This document shows positions 18,383 through 27,723 of a stretch of DNA of 64,000 nt, piece after piece. The stretch is from an uncultured Amylibacter sp. (GTDB lineage Bacteria > Pseudomonadota > Alphaproteobacteria > Rhodobacterales > Rhodobacteraceae): assembly GCA_943846615.1 (NCBI GenBank), contig OX044354.1, positions 622,359 to 686,358 on the forward strand, given 5' to 3'. Each line of letters opens with the position of its first letter. The first letter of the stretch is position 1. A program made the position numbers and the translations under genes. The notes under the pieces were generated by a model. That model was not told where the DNA came from and did not search any database. It saw only the letters and a list, made by a program, of their open reading frames with translations.

Positions 18383-19661
18383 GCTCTGCTCCTGTTAGAT
18401 ATGAAGCAGAGTTGAGAACGCGGACAACACGCATAGCACTGGCGATGCCGTCTTCGTGGAAACCGTGACGATTGTATGCGCCGACAAACCAGGTTCTGTT
18501 TAGACCTTGAATGTCGCGAATGGTTTGTTGCGCATTCAGTGCAGCCTTGTCGAACATAGGATGTGCAAAATCAACGGTGTCATAAATCTTGTCTGTAGGA
18601 ATTTCTGATGAAGGGTTTATAGTCACAAATAATGGATCGTTTTCAGGAATATTCTGAAGTTGGTTCATCCAGTATGTAACGCTTGTTGCGCCATTGTCGG
18701 ATTTATATACCCAACTGGACCAACAATTGCGATGCTTTGGCATTTGTGTTTCATCACAATGCAGAACCGCAGTGTTAGGTTGATACCGAATAGCGCTAAG
18801 TGCTGCTGTTTCCACTTTGGTAGCATCATTGCCAAGGATTTTCAGTGCTTCGTCAGAATGACATGCAAATATAACGTCGTCAAAATCTGTGGTAGCGGTT
18901 CCGACACCTATGGATACGCCTGTGTTGTGGCGCTTTACATGTGAAACGGGCGAATTGGTTCGGATATCACAGCCCCGCGCAACAAGTGCGGTTTCTAATC
19001 TACGTACGTATTCAATACTGCCCCCCTGCACCGTCCACCATTGGTGTTGACCTGTACCCGAGAGTAAGGCGTGGTTTCGAAAGAACTGAACCAGAGATTT
19101 CGCAGGAAACGCATCTACGTCATCTGTTGGTGTAGACCAGATGGCGCCACACATCGGCAAAAGATAATTGTTTTTGAACCATAGCCCCAAGCCAAGTTCA
19201 TCGACCAATTCACCTATGGTTTTGTTGTCGTCTGTTGCGGCGGCTTCGGCCCATTTTCCAAAACGGATAATGTCGAAGAACATTTTGTAGAATTGTGGTC
19301 GAAAAATATTCCGTTTTTGCGCCAAAATAGAACGGACACCCTTTAGGCCATATTCAAGTGAGCCAAAATTGATACTTGCGCCAAAGCTCATCTCACTTTT
19401 GATCACTGGGACATCTAGTTCGCTAAATAGCCGTGTAAGATTGGGATATGTGGCGTAGTTAAATACGATAAAACCTGTATCTACGGGCTGATTGTTTTGC
19501 TTACCCGCAATGACTGTTCGTGCGTGCCCGCCTAGGCGAGACGCAGATTCGAACAAAGTAACATCGTGAAATGCGGACAAATAGTATGCAGAGGAAAGTC
19601 CTGAAATTCCGGCGCCTATTATTGCTATTTTTTTGCGGGGGCCTTGGGTTTGGTCAAGCAT
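18357..19661 (-). CDS. FAD/NAD(P)-dependent amine-oxidase-type oxidoreductase
   Basis: KIAIIGAGISGLSSAYYLS dinucleotide fold. Overlaps cfa by 26 nt. Confidence 0.85.
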   Translation of the reverse strand: MLDQTQGPRKKIAIIGAGISGLSSAYYLSAFHDVTLFESASRLGGHARTVIAGKQNNQPVDTGFIVFNYATYPNLTRLFSELDVPVIKSEMSFGASINFGSLEYGLKGVRSILAQKRNIFRPQFYKMFFDIIRFGKWAEAAATDDNKTIGELVDELGLGLWFKNNYLLPMCGAIWSTPTDDVDAFPAKSLVQFFRNHALLSGTGQHQWWTVQGGSIEYVRRLETALVARGCDIRTNSPVSHVKRHNTGVSIGVGTATTDFDDVIFACHSDEALKILGNDATKVETAALSAIRYQPNTAVLHCDETQMPKHRNCWSSWVYKSDNGATSVTYWMNQLQNIPENDPLFVTINPSSEIPTDKIYDTVDFAHPMFDKAALNAQQTIRDIQGLNRTWFVGAYNRHGFHEDGIASAMRVVRVLNSASYLTGAEHAFDKQSA

Positions 19662-19692
19662 ATATTCCTCGTTTTAATGTGTTATAAATAAT

Positions 19693-19719
19693 ATACGATG
19701 GAGACTTGGCCTTGGATCA
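19693..19719 (-). promoter_or_regulatory. RpoE(sigmaE)-type promoter for the oxidoreductase-cfa operon
   Basis: The minus strand reads TGATCC-aaggccaagtctccat-CGTAT, ~30 nt before the ATG at 19661. Confidence 0.6.
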
Positions 19720-19737
19720 ATGTTTTTGATTTTTTTT

Positions 19738-19764
19738 TGATCCGAAAACGGACAAGCTTCGTAT
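19738..19764 (+). promoter_or_regulatory. RpoE(sigmaE)-type promoter for the DUF1365-SDR operon
   Basis: TGATCC-gaaaacggacaagctt-CGTAT, 10 nt before the ATG at 19775. Confidence 0.6.
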
Positions 19765-19774
19765 TTAGGGTATT

Positions 19775-20542
19775 ATGTTAGAACACATCCAAGCAAAAAC
19801 GTATCACTCGCGCCGCGGGAGCCTTAAGAACGCTTTCAGCTATGGCGTTGATTATGTGATGAGTGATTTGAAAAATGATGACAGTTTTTTGTTGTCATTA
19901 AATCGCTTTAACCTGTGGTCGATTTGGGACTTCCGTCATGGTGGGCTGCGCGGGCATGGGCAAGGTGTTGAATGGTTCAAGCAAGAATTGACTGTGCGGG
20001 GTTTGAATTTGGATGGCCTGCAACTTGTTCTTTTAACGCAACCAAGTTTCCTTTGGTTTCATTTTAATCCCGTCAGTTTTTGGATAGCACTGCGTGATGA
20101 AGTACCTATAGCGATTATCGCAGAAGTGAATAACACATTTGGACACCGGCATTGTTATTTTTGCGCGCATTCCGATTTTGGACCTATCGACAAATCGCAT
20201 ACAATCATCGCAGAAAAAATGATGCATGTTTCCCCTTTTCAAAAGGTAGCTGGTCAATATCTGTTTAATTTCGACATCTCTAGTGCGGAGATTTCAATCC
20301 GCATTGATTATCGCAATGGCGAACATGGTGTGCTGGCAACACTTGCGGGTAGGCGCCGCTCTGCTTCAAACCGATCACTACTTAAGGCCGCAATAATGCG
20401 CCCGTTTGGGGCCGTTCGGGTTGTTGCGTTGATACATTTTCAGGCGATCATTCTGTATTTAAAGCGTGCGCCTTTCACGAAAACACCAACCCCACCAAAA
20501 CAACCCACCTCAGACAGTTGTTCGTTTAGAAAGAAATCGTGA
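19775..20542 (+). CDS. DUF1365-family protein
   Basis: 255 aa, at the conserved position divergent from the oxidoreductase-cfa genes. The family name is from memory. Confidence 0.5.
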   Translation: MLEHIQAKTYHSRRGSLKNAFSYGVDYVMSDLKNDDSFLLSLNRFNLWSIWDFRHGGLRGHGQGVEWFKQELTVRGLNLDGLQLVLLTQPSFLWFHFNPVSFWIALRDEVPIAIIAEVNNTFGHRHCYFCAHSDFGPIDKSHTIIAEKMMHVSPFQKVAGQYLFNFDISSAEISIRIDYRNGEHGVLATLAGRRRSASNRSLLKAAIMRPFGAVRVVALIHFQAIILYLKRAPFTKTPTPPKQPTSDSCSFRKKS

Positions 20543-21267
20543 TGACGAAGTTTTCAGGTAAAACATATTGGTTGATTGGCGCCAGCGAAGGTTTGGGGCG
20601 CGCATTGGCCAAAAAACTGAGCGACGCGGGGGCGCATCTAATTTTATCGGCGCGCAATCGCGCGCGGCTTGAAAGTTTGTCCGCGACATTACCCAATGCA
20701 CGGGTTTTGGTTTTGGATGTGACGGATTCTGTTGCAGTGGAAAATGCCATCGCAAAAATTGGTGCCATTGACGGTGTGATTTACAACGTGGGTGCCTATG
20801 AGCCAATGCGCGCAACCGAATGGGATGTGGACGCAGCCTTGTTGATGACAGAAGTGAACTTTACCGGTGCGCTTCGGGTATTGGGAGGTGTTGTTCCGAA
20901 ATTTTTACGTTCAGGACACGGTGACATTACCTTAATCGGTTCATTGGCCGGATATCGCGGGTTGCCGGCGTCAATTGGATATGGGGCAAGCAAGGCGGCA
21001 CTGGTCAGCTTAGCAGAAACAATGCGCCATGATTTGAAGGGTACTGGCGTTATCGTACGGGTCGTCAACCCTGGTTTTATAAAGACGCGCTTAACGGAAA
21101 AAAACGCGTTTAGGATGCCGATGCTTATGTCGAGCGATAAGGCCGCCACTCGTGTATTAAAGGCAATGTCGTCGAAGCGGTTTAGAACAGACTTTCCTGC
21201 TCCGTTTTCTTGGTTCATTAAAGCACTTCAACTTGTTCCAGATTTCGTTCTGTACCGCGGAAAATAA
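20539..21267 (+). CDS. short-chain dehydrogenase/reductase
   Basis: LIGASEGLGRALA glycine motif and YGASKAAL (YxxxK). Confidence 0.85.
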   Translation: MMTKFSGKTYWLIGASEGLGRALAKKLSDAGAHLILSARNRARLESLSATLPNARVLVLDVTDSVAVENAIAKIGAIDGVIYNVGAYEPMRATEWDVDAALLMTEVNFTGALRVLGGVVPKFLRSGHGDITLIGSLAGYRGLPASIGYGASKAALVSLAETMRHDLKGTGVIVRVVNPGFIKTRLTEKNAFRMPMLMSSDKAATRVLKAMSSKRFRTDFPAPFSWFIKALQLVPDFVLYRGK

Positions 21268-21304
21268 AGTAGAATGATCCGTTATTAGCGACATCATTAA
21301 ATAT

Positions 21305-21338
21305 AAAAACCTGTGCCGATCTTTGCGATCAGCACAGG
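21305..21338. terminator. hairpin terminator between convergent SDR and fasciclin genes
   Basis: cctgtgccgatc-tttgc-gatcagcacagg. The minus strand continues with TTTTTATAT. Confidence 0.55.
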
Positions 21339-21381
21339 CAGCAATTTTGGTGTGATTAGGATCTAGAACAGACCGTTTTGA

Positions 21382-21897
21382 TTAATGACAAGCAGGGCGT
21401 GTGCCTGGCAATAGGACTTTGTCGATGACGTGGATAACACCGTTATCCGCCATGATATCCGCAATAACAACATTTGCCATTTCCCCTGTTCCATCTGCGA
21501 TTTTAACGCCGCTGCTGTCAGCCTTGATGCACAAACGTTCGCTGTCCAACAGTGGTTTGAAATAGTTCGATCCAGCAGGGATCATTTCAGCAGATAGTTT
21601 CCGATCATCAACATGGTAAAGTAGAATGTTGGTTAACTGATCTTTGTTTTCCGGTTTTAGCAATGTTTCAACCGTGCCCTCTGGTAGTGCCGCAAAAGCA
21701 TCATTTACAGGTGCGTAAACAGTGAATGGACCCGGACCCGATAAAGCATCAGCCAATCCAACCGCGCCAACTGCGGCGACCAATGTAGAAAAGCGTGCAT
21801 CAGCCGCAGCAATTTCAACGATGTTGTCTGCTTGTACGGCGCTGGTAGAAACGACAATTGCAAGTGCGGCGGCGGCTGTTTTGAATGGGTTAGTCAT
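21382..21897 (-). CDS. secreted fasciclin (FAS1) domain protein
   Basis: Signal peptide, FTVYAPVNDAF and HVIDKVLLP motifs. Confidence 0.8.
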   Translation of the reverse strand: MTNPFKTAAAALAIVVSTSAVQADNIVEIAAADARFSTLVAAVGAVGLADALSGPGPFTVYAPVNDAFAALPEGTVETLLKPENKDQLTNILLYHVDDRKLSAEMIPAGSNYFKPLLDSERLCIKADSSGVKIADGTGEMANVVIADIMADNGVIHVIDKVLLPGTRPACH

Positions 21898-22024
21898 TTA
21901 GAAATCTCCAAAGTTGGTAGGCTTATTAGCCTGTTTAATTTTGTGTTAGTATAAAGGTTACGCATGGCAACAGCGTATGGATTACAACTTCACAAGAACG
22001 TGATAATAATCCCGTAAGTATTTG

Positions 22025-22060
22025 AAATAAAAAGAAACCACCGAACAATTCGGTGGTTTC
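22025..22060 (-). terminator. rho-independent terminator after chrR
   Basis: The minus strand reads gaaaccaccgaa-ttg-ttcggtggtttc followed by TTTTTATTT. Confidence 0.7.
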
Positions 22061-22085
22061 GAAAAGGTTATTAATGTGTGTTTGT

Positions 22086-22721
22086 TTAGATTCTAAACAA
22101 TGGCTGGAAGAGGCGCGGCACCAAGGATTTGAACCGCAGAGGCGCATCGGTTGCGGCGAGGCAAATACATGGATCGCCTGGGTCTGCTATCGGCGTATGT
22201 TCGAGATCAGGGTCACCAATTTCAACATCCCCAATTCCAAATTGACCAGTGTGGTCACTAAAGCTTCCTTGTAAAATCAAGGTCAATTCCAATCCGCTAT
22301 GGCTGTGTTCTGGCACGGCTTGGCCAGCGGGAATGTAGAGCAATCTTAATGAACCCTCGCTGTCTGCGGACAGAATATCCTGACGCACTCCCATTCCCAA
22401 AGTTTTCCAACGCGGCTCATTACCTTTTAGTGTTTTAACAACGGGTCCTGGATAAATACCTGATCGATCGTAAACCGCCGCCGGTGTGAATGGCTCATCA
22501 AGTTGCGTAAGAATACTTGATTTAAGATCGCCCGAGATTTTGGCAATCTCTGTTCCGTCAAGGACAACCCCTCCTACCGCTTGATGGGCTTCGTATGAAC
22601 CACGGCAATGGGCGCACATTGAAATATGGCTAGCGACAACAATAGCGAAAGGTTGCGGAAGAGTACCCGCAGCGTAGGCCGCTAACATGGAATCTGGAAT
22701 GTGGTGATTAATTTTGGTCAT
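22086..22721 (-). CDS. chrR: anti-sigma-E factor ChrR (zinc anti-sigma domain + cupin)
   Basis: HISMCAHC (HxxxCxxC) and a C-terminal cupin region. Its start abuts the stop codon of rpoE. Confidence 0.85.
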   Translation of the reverse strand: MTKINHHIPDSMLAAYAAGTLPQPFAIVVASHISMCAHCRGSYEAHQAVGGVVLDGTEIAKISGDLKSSILTQLDEPFTPAAVYDRSGIYPGPVVKTLKGNEPRWKTLGMGVRQDILSADSEGSLRLLYIPAGQAVPEHSHSGLELTLILQGSFSDHTGQFGIGDVEIGDPDLEHTPIADPGDPCICLAATDAPLRFKSLVPRLFQPLFRI

Positions 22722-23353
22722 TATCTTAAACCTTTTAACTCAAGTCGAAGTCGTTCTAGACCAAGACGTATGCGTGATTTTATCGTCCCAAGTGGAAGAC
22801 CAGTTTGTTCACTGATTTCTTGGTGTGTTAATTCCCCTAAATATGCCTTTTCGACGGCTAAACGTTGATCATCACTGAGTTGAGCAAGCGCCTGTCTTAA
22901 GTGTTGCCCTTCTTGATCAAGTGCCAGCATTTGGCTTATATCGCATTCCAAACTTGGTGGTTCGATCAACTCTTCGGGCAATGGTCTATTGTTTTTACGA
23001 ATGACATCAATTTGCCGATTGCGTGTTATTTGATAAATCCATGCGGATACCTGTGCGCGATGGGGATCAAATTGTGCGGCTTTGCGCCAAACGGTCAGCA
23101 TTACGTCTTGCACAATCTCTTCGGCTTGCTCGCCTGGCATGCCGGTTTTCATGATAAACCCCTTCAAACGCGGGGCAAAATGATCAAACAAATTTGCAAA
23201 TGCTGCCTTGTCACGCTTGTCACGTACAGCAAGCATCCAAACGGTTTCATCAGATACTTCTTTCTGGGTTTCTTCCACCAAATTTCTTTCGTACCTGCGC
23301 GCGCCAAAAGTTGGTTTTTTGCCGCGGGTTATATTTTGTTCATAAGCTATCAT
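22721..23353 (-). CDS. rpoE: ECF sigma factor RpoE
   Basis: Sigma-70 regions 2 and 4 (DVMLTVWRKAAQFD; GLPLGTIKSRIRLG). The promoter sits only ~7 nt upstream of ATG 23353, so the TTG/GTG pair at 23281/23278 is the more likely start. Confidence 0.85.
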   Translation of the reverse strand: MIAYEQNITRGKKPTFGARRYERNLVEETQKEVSDETVWMLAVRDKRDKAAFANLFDHFAPRLKGFIMKTGMPGEQAEEIVQDVMLTVWRKAAQFDPHRAQVSAWIYQITRNRQIDVIRKNNRPLPEELIEPPSLECDISQMLALDQEGQHLRQALAQLSDDQRLAVEKAYLGELTHQEISEQTGLPLGTIKSRIRLGLERLRLELKGLR

Positions 23354-23360
23354 ACACTCA

Positions 23361-23387
23361 TTACGAATGCTCAGCGTTTTTGGATCA
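23361..23387 (-). promoter_or_regulatory. RpoE-type autoregulatory promoter
   Basis: The minus strand reads TGATCC-aaaaacgctgagcatt-CGTAA. Confidence 0.6.
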
Positions 23388-23489
23388 CTTTTGTGATTTT
23401 TTTCCTCTCATTGAGGGAAAAAAGTGTTGGTCAAAGTATTACGGCATTTTGCCCCCCAACCAATTCAACGATCTATCATCCGCGTAATT

Positions 23490-23534
23490 ATTGCAAATCC
23501 GTGTACACCGGTTCGATTCCGGTACTCGCCTCCA
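23490..23534 (+). repeat. R3: variant tRNA-Cys(GCA) 3' fragment (45 nt)
   Basis: attgcaaatccgtgtac ACCGGttcgattCCGGT actcgcctcca. The T-stem differs from R1/R2/R4 by paired (compensatory) changes. Confidence 0.8.
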
Positions 23535-23685
23535 ATAATATCAATGGGTTAGCTGTTTTACGTGCAGTGATTAATGTAAAATGGCCTGTAAAACAGCCCC
23601 TATGGGTGCACAAGACACCAAATCATCCTCGACTGTTCTGATCTCGGCTAGTCTGCGATCTTCAATGTTTGCTTTGAGCCCTTAT
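23535..23685 (+). repeat. cassette left arm (homologous to 6547-6685)
   Basis: Contains ataatatcaatgggttagc, GTAAAAT (23576), GTAAAAC (23588) and cttcaatgtttgctttgagccct. Confidence 0.6.
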
Positions 23686-23925
23686 ACGACATTCAGTTTG
23701 ATAAACTCGCAGCTACTTACGGCTCAAAGCTTCCGTTCGCCGAGGACCAAGTCTTCGCCGTGTCGCTTTTACAAAGCTACCATTGGCAGCCGAGATGTTG
23801 CCGTCATTTATTGAAACATTCCATCCAAAATCATAGCTCCTTTGACAGTGCAGAGATAACTATGCTTTGAAATTGGACTGAGTTGCGATCTTCGCCCAGA
23901 CAAAGGTGCTTGCTTGGGCAACATC

Positions 23926-26900
23926 TTAAAATCGGATGTTATACTTCAGGCCACCGCTTAACTGAATATGCCCACCACTGGAAGCTTGTAGCTCACCATT
24001 GGCGCTAAACGTTTTCAAGCCATCTTCGGATACACGCTTGAAACTTGCGCCCGCGAAACCACCAAGTAAATCGTTTGCACTGGCATCAAAGTTTAATGCC
24101 CCGCCCGCGACAGCGCCTGTTACGTCAGAACTAAGATCGAATTGCCCTACAAGACCCGCGCGCCATTCTACATTTTGCTGCGACCCATCCTTGTTTGTCG
24201 TGTTGCTAGGAAGTGCCAGTTGTGCGCGAACATCCAGAATATGCACATCACGCGCATCAATGCTTGCATTGTTTGTGACGCCCGTTTCGGTATAGCCGTC
24301 CATGAATAGGCCTGTGTAGCCAACGCGTAAGCTACCAATAGCGTCGCGCGCGGCAACTGATACAGGTTTCGAAAATGTCGCTGCTGGTGATATGAACCAG
24401 CCGTCATAGTTGGCCGAGGCCGTTTCGACCCCACCGCTGACTGTGTTGTTTGCAACATTACGTTCATGTTCATGATTGGCAGTCCCTGCCACAAGAGATA
24501 GATTTAGGTCATAGTTCCCAAGCCCCCCGTCCCAGCTTAGGCCTGCGAAGGCACTGCTGATATCCGTTTGGCTCGCATTGCCTTGAACATCTGCCGAACC
24601 TGAGCTGCCACCAGCAAAGATATTTATCGCCCCTGTGTCATAACCTGCAATAACACCAGCAAAGTGACTATCAACGGATGCTAACGATCCACTTGCGCCG
24701 GTCTGACCAATACTCCCAAAAGCACTTACCCATGCGCCTCGTTGTGAGGCTTGATAACTTTTACTTACTTCGGCTACGGGTTCCAATGTCGGAGCCGATT
24801 GACCCAAAACGTTGTGGATGCCGGTAGAAAGATCACCAATAAGCAAATTTGAAACGGCAAAACCAGTTGGGTCTACCGCTACAACATGGTCTGCAGATGG
24901 CATTACATAAGCCGTTGCATTCACCTCAGTAGGGCCATTGCCGGAAGTAAAACTTAAATCCGCATTTAGTCCAGCGCCGATGTTTAAAGTCCTGCTGCCA
25001 GCCCCACTCATTGCAATTTCGCCCATGATCTTAGAGCCGCTCAACAGTGTTAGGGCAGAATCTGCACCCGCCACATACACACGTCCAATCGTTCCCGAGT
25101 TTGTGATCGTGCTGTTGTCGCCATTGATAGAGGCGAAGGTTCCAATCGTACCCGAATTTGTAATCGCGCTATCGACGCCACTGGTAGAGGCGAAGGTTCC
25201 AATCGTTCCCGAGTTAGTGATCGCGCTGTTGTCGCCATTGGTCCGGACATAGCCGTCAATTGTGCCCGAGTTTGTGATCGCGCTGTTCGCGCGGCTAGTA
25301 GTGGCAGCGGTTACAATCGTGCCCGAGTTTATGATCGCGCTGTTCGCGCCATAGGTAGATGCATAGTTTCCAATCGTACCTGAGTTTGTGATCGTGCTGT
25401 CGGCGCCATTGGTCTGGGCATAGCCTGCTATCGTACCCGAGTTAGTGTTGGTGATCGCGCTGTTTTCTCTTAAAGTAAAGGCATCGCCATTTATCGTACC
25501 CGAGTTTGTGATCGCGCTGTTGGCGCCAAAGGTATTGGCAGAGCGTTCAATCGTGCCCGAGTTAGTGACCGCGCTGTTAGCGCCATAGGTCAGGGCATAG
25601 AGTTCAATCGTGCTAGAATTTGTTATCGCGCTGTTGTCGCCATTGGTAGTGGCAGAGGCTTTAATCGTGCCCGAGTTTATGATCGCGCTGTTAGCGCCAT
25701 AGGTCAGGGCATTGAGTTCAATCGTGCCTGAGTTAGTGATCGCGCTGTTGTGGCTACGTGTAGTGGCATAGCCTCCAATCGTGCCCGAGTTAGTGATCGC
25801 GCTGTACTCCTCCTCCGTATAGGCAAAGCTATAAATCGTGCCCGAGTTAGTGATCGCGCTGTTGGCGCCTTCGGCATCGGCAAAACCTTCAATCGTACCT
25901 GAGTTTGTGATCGCGCTGTTGGCGCCATAGGTCCGGGCATTGCCTTCAATCGTGCCCGAGTTTGTGATCGCGCTGTCGGCGCCAATGGTAGTGGCAGAGT
26001 TTCCAATCGTGCCCGAGTTAGTGATCGAGCTGTTGGCGCCACCGGTTGCGGCGAAAGATCCAATCGTTCCCGAGTTTGTAATTGCGCTATCGACGCCACT
26101 GGTAGAGGCGAAGGTTCCAATCGTGCTCGAGTTTGTGATCGCGCTGTTGTCGCCATAGGTCTGGGCATTCAAGTCAATGGTGTCCGAGTTTGTGATCGCG
26201 CTGTTGGTGCCCCTCGTAACGGCATAGTCTTCAATCGTGCCCGAGTTTGTGATCGCGCTGTTGTCTCCCTCAGTCAAAGCATCACCTTCAATCGTGCCCG
26301 AGTTTGTGATTGCGCTGTTGTTGCCTGTGGTAGAGGCATTGCCTCCAATCTTGTCCGAGTTTGTAATCGCGCTGTCGTCGCCTGTGGTAGAGGCAGGACC
26401 TTCAATCGTGTCCGAGTTAGTGATCGCGCTGTTGGCGCCATTTGTAGTGGCAGAGCCTTTAATCGTACCCGAGTTAGTGATCGCGCTGTTGGTGCCCCTG
26501 GTATGGGCGAAGGGTCCAATCGTACCTGAGTTTGTGATCGCGCTGTTGGCGCCATAGGTTCGGGCAAAGGCATTAATTGTGCCCGAGTTTATGATCTCGC
26601 TGTTCGTGCCATCGGTAAATGCGTAGTTTCCAATCGTACCTGAGTTCGTGATCGCGCTGTTGTTGGCGCCATCGGTCTGGGCATAGCCTACTATCGTACC
26701 CGAGTTAGTGTTAGTGATCGCGCTGTTTTCCCCCTCGGTATAGGCATTGGCATTTATCGTACCCGAGTTAGTGATCTCGCTGTTGGCGCCAAAGGTATTG
26801 GCAGAACGTTCAATCGTGCCCGAGTTAGTGATCGAGCTGTTAGCGCCATGGGTCAGGGCATTGACTTCAATCGTACCCGAGTTGTTAATAGTCCTACTAT

Positions 26901-27084
26901 CACCGCTGGTTTCGACGCCACCTGATAACGTTACTCCAGAATCTACGACACAAGGGTTGTTGTTTATACCTACAACACATGCGGCTTGCGCGAGCGCAGG
27001 TGTCGCCCCAATACCCGAAAGGCAAGTCGCAGTTAAAAGGCTGGAAACCAGTCCCGTTGGTGCATTGAAGTAATTACGTGTCAT
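23926..27084 (-). CDS. autotransporter with highly repetitive passenger domain
   Basis: The start at MTRNYF... (ATG 27084) gives a signal peptide ending ...ATPALAQA. The passenger is made of 32 AITNSGTI-type 19-aa units. The C-terminal ~280 aa form a beta-barrel ending GGLKYNIRF. Confidence 0.85.
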   Translation of the reverse strand: MTRNYFNAPTGLVSSLLTATCLSGIGATPALAQAACVVGINNNPCVVDSGVTLSGGVETSGDSRTINNSGTIEVNALTHGANSSITNSGTIERSANTFGANSEITNSGTINANAYTEGENSAITNTNSGTIVGYAQTDGANNSAITNSGTIGNYAFTDGTNSEIINSGTINAFARTYGANSAITNSGTIGPFAHTRGTNSAITNSGTIKGSATTNGANSAITNSDTIEGPASTTGDDSAITNSDKIGGNASTTGNNSAITNSGTIEGDALTEGDNSAITNSGTIEDYAVTRGTNSAITNSDTIDLNAQTYGDNSAITNSSTIGTFASTSGVDSAITNSGTIGSFAATGGANSSITNSGTIGNSATTIGADSAITNSGTIEGNARTYGANSAITNSGTIEGFADAEGANSAITNSGTIYSFAYTEEEYSAITNSGTIGGYATTRSHNSAITNSGTIELNALTYGANSAIINSGTIKASATTNGDNSAITNSSTIELYALTYGANSAVTNSGTIERSANTFGANSAITNSGTINGDAFTLRENSAITNTNSGTIAGYAQTNGADSTITNSGTIGNYASTYGANSAIINSGTIVTAATTSRANSAITNSGTIDGYVRTNGDNSAITNSGTIGTFASTSGVDSAITNSGTIGTFASINGDNSTITNSGTIGRVYVAGADSALTLLSGSKIMGEIAMSGAGSRTLNIGAGLNADLSFTSGNGPTEVNATAYVMPSADHVVAVDPTGFAVSNLLIGDLSTGIHNVLGQSAPTLEPVAEVSKSYQASQRGAWVSAFGSIGQTGASGSLASVDSHFAGVIAGYDTGAINIFAGGSSGSADVQGNASQTDISSAFAGLSWDGGLGNYDLNLSLVAGTANHEHERNVANNTVSGGVETASANYDGWFISPAATFSKPVSVAARDAIGSLRVGYTGLFMDGYTETGVTNNASIDARDVHILDVRAQLALPSNTTNKDGSQQNVEWRAGLVGQFDLSSDVTGAVAGGALNFDASANDLLGGFAGASFKRVSEDGLKTFSANGELQASSGGHIQLSGGLKYNIRF
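25054..26892 (-). repeat. 32 tandem 57-bp (19-codon) coding repeats
   Basis: Counted unit by unit from the translation. Two units are 21-22 aa. Units 2-5 resemble units 24-27, and unit 14 resembles unit 30, which indicates a higher-order duplication. Confidence 0.85.
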
Positions 27085-27600
27085 TGATGTGCCCTTAAAA
27101 TATTTTAAAGTATTTTCCTGTACAGCTAACAATTTATTAATATTAATAACAAGATGAAACATTCAAAATCGCAAGCGTTGTGTTGAAAGCATATTTTGGG
27201 AACGTACCTTAACCTCCTGAAATTGCGCCAAGCCATTATTTGCTAGCCCAAGGCGTAACGAAATATGGTGCTGAAACGGTATTCAGCTGAAGATGATCGC
27301 AAGATAGATATGCATCTACACGATGGCTTGGGTATTGTGAGTTCCAGTCGGAAACAGAAGCTTCAGACTAGAGTTTTTACTATTGGCGTAAGAAATTTGG
27401 AGCGCTGGATAATTGAGTTTTCACTTTTCCACGTCGGAAATGTCAACTTGGGCTCTTTGCCGGCATCGCCGGTAAGTTTTCCTCAATTGGTGGTCGAATG
27501 ACTGCTTTTCGAAAATTGGACCTAAAAGTTTATAGCCGAGCGAAGGTCTGCAATCCGCCCGTTTAAGTCATTGGACAGATTTGTCGAAACGGTCACTAAG

Positions 27601-27723
27601 TTCCCCATAGCCACATTTGAGGCCAATTATCCATTTTACATTCGACTATTAACCCACTGAAATTCCACGGGCACTCTACGGTTCATTTTACAAAAAAACC
27701 TAATGAAATCAACGAATGTAGTA
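27601..27723 (+). repeat. cassette right arm (homologous to 10632-10755)
   Basis: See the 10632-10755 entry. Confidence 0.65.

Noticed and set aside
24938-26573. Several 70-150-aa ORFs on both strands inside the autotransporter gene (e.g. 26237-26557 +, 25704-26168 -, 26274-26573 -)
   Set aside because: They are low-complexity translations (PEFVIALLSP..., ARSQTRARLE...) produced by the repeat periodicity and are nested entirely within a well-supported gene.
25054-26892. Strictly periodic 57-bp repeats that could be mistaken for a CRISPR or other non-coding array
   Set aside because: The period is a multiple of three. The tract lies inside one long open frame with a signal peptide upstream and an autotransporter barrel downstream. 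There is no repeat/spacer alternation.
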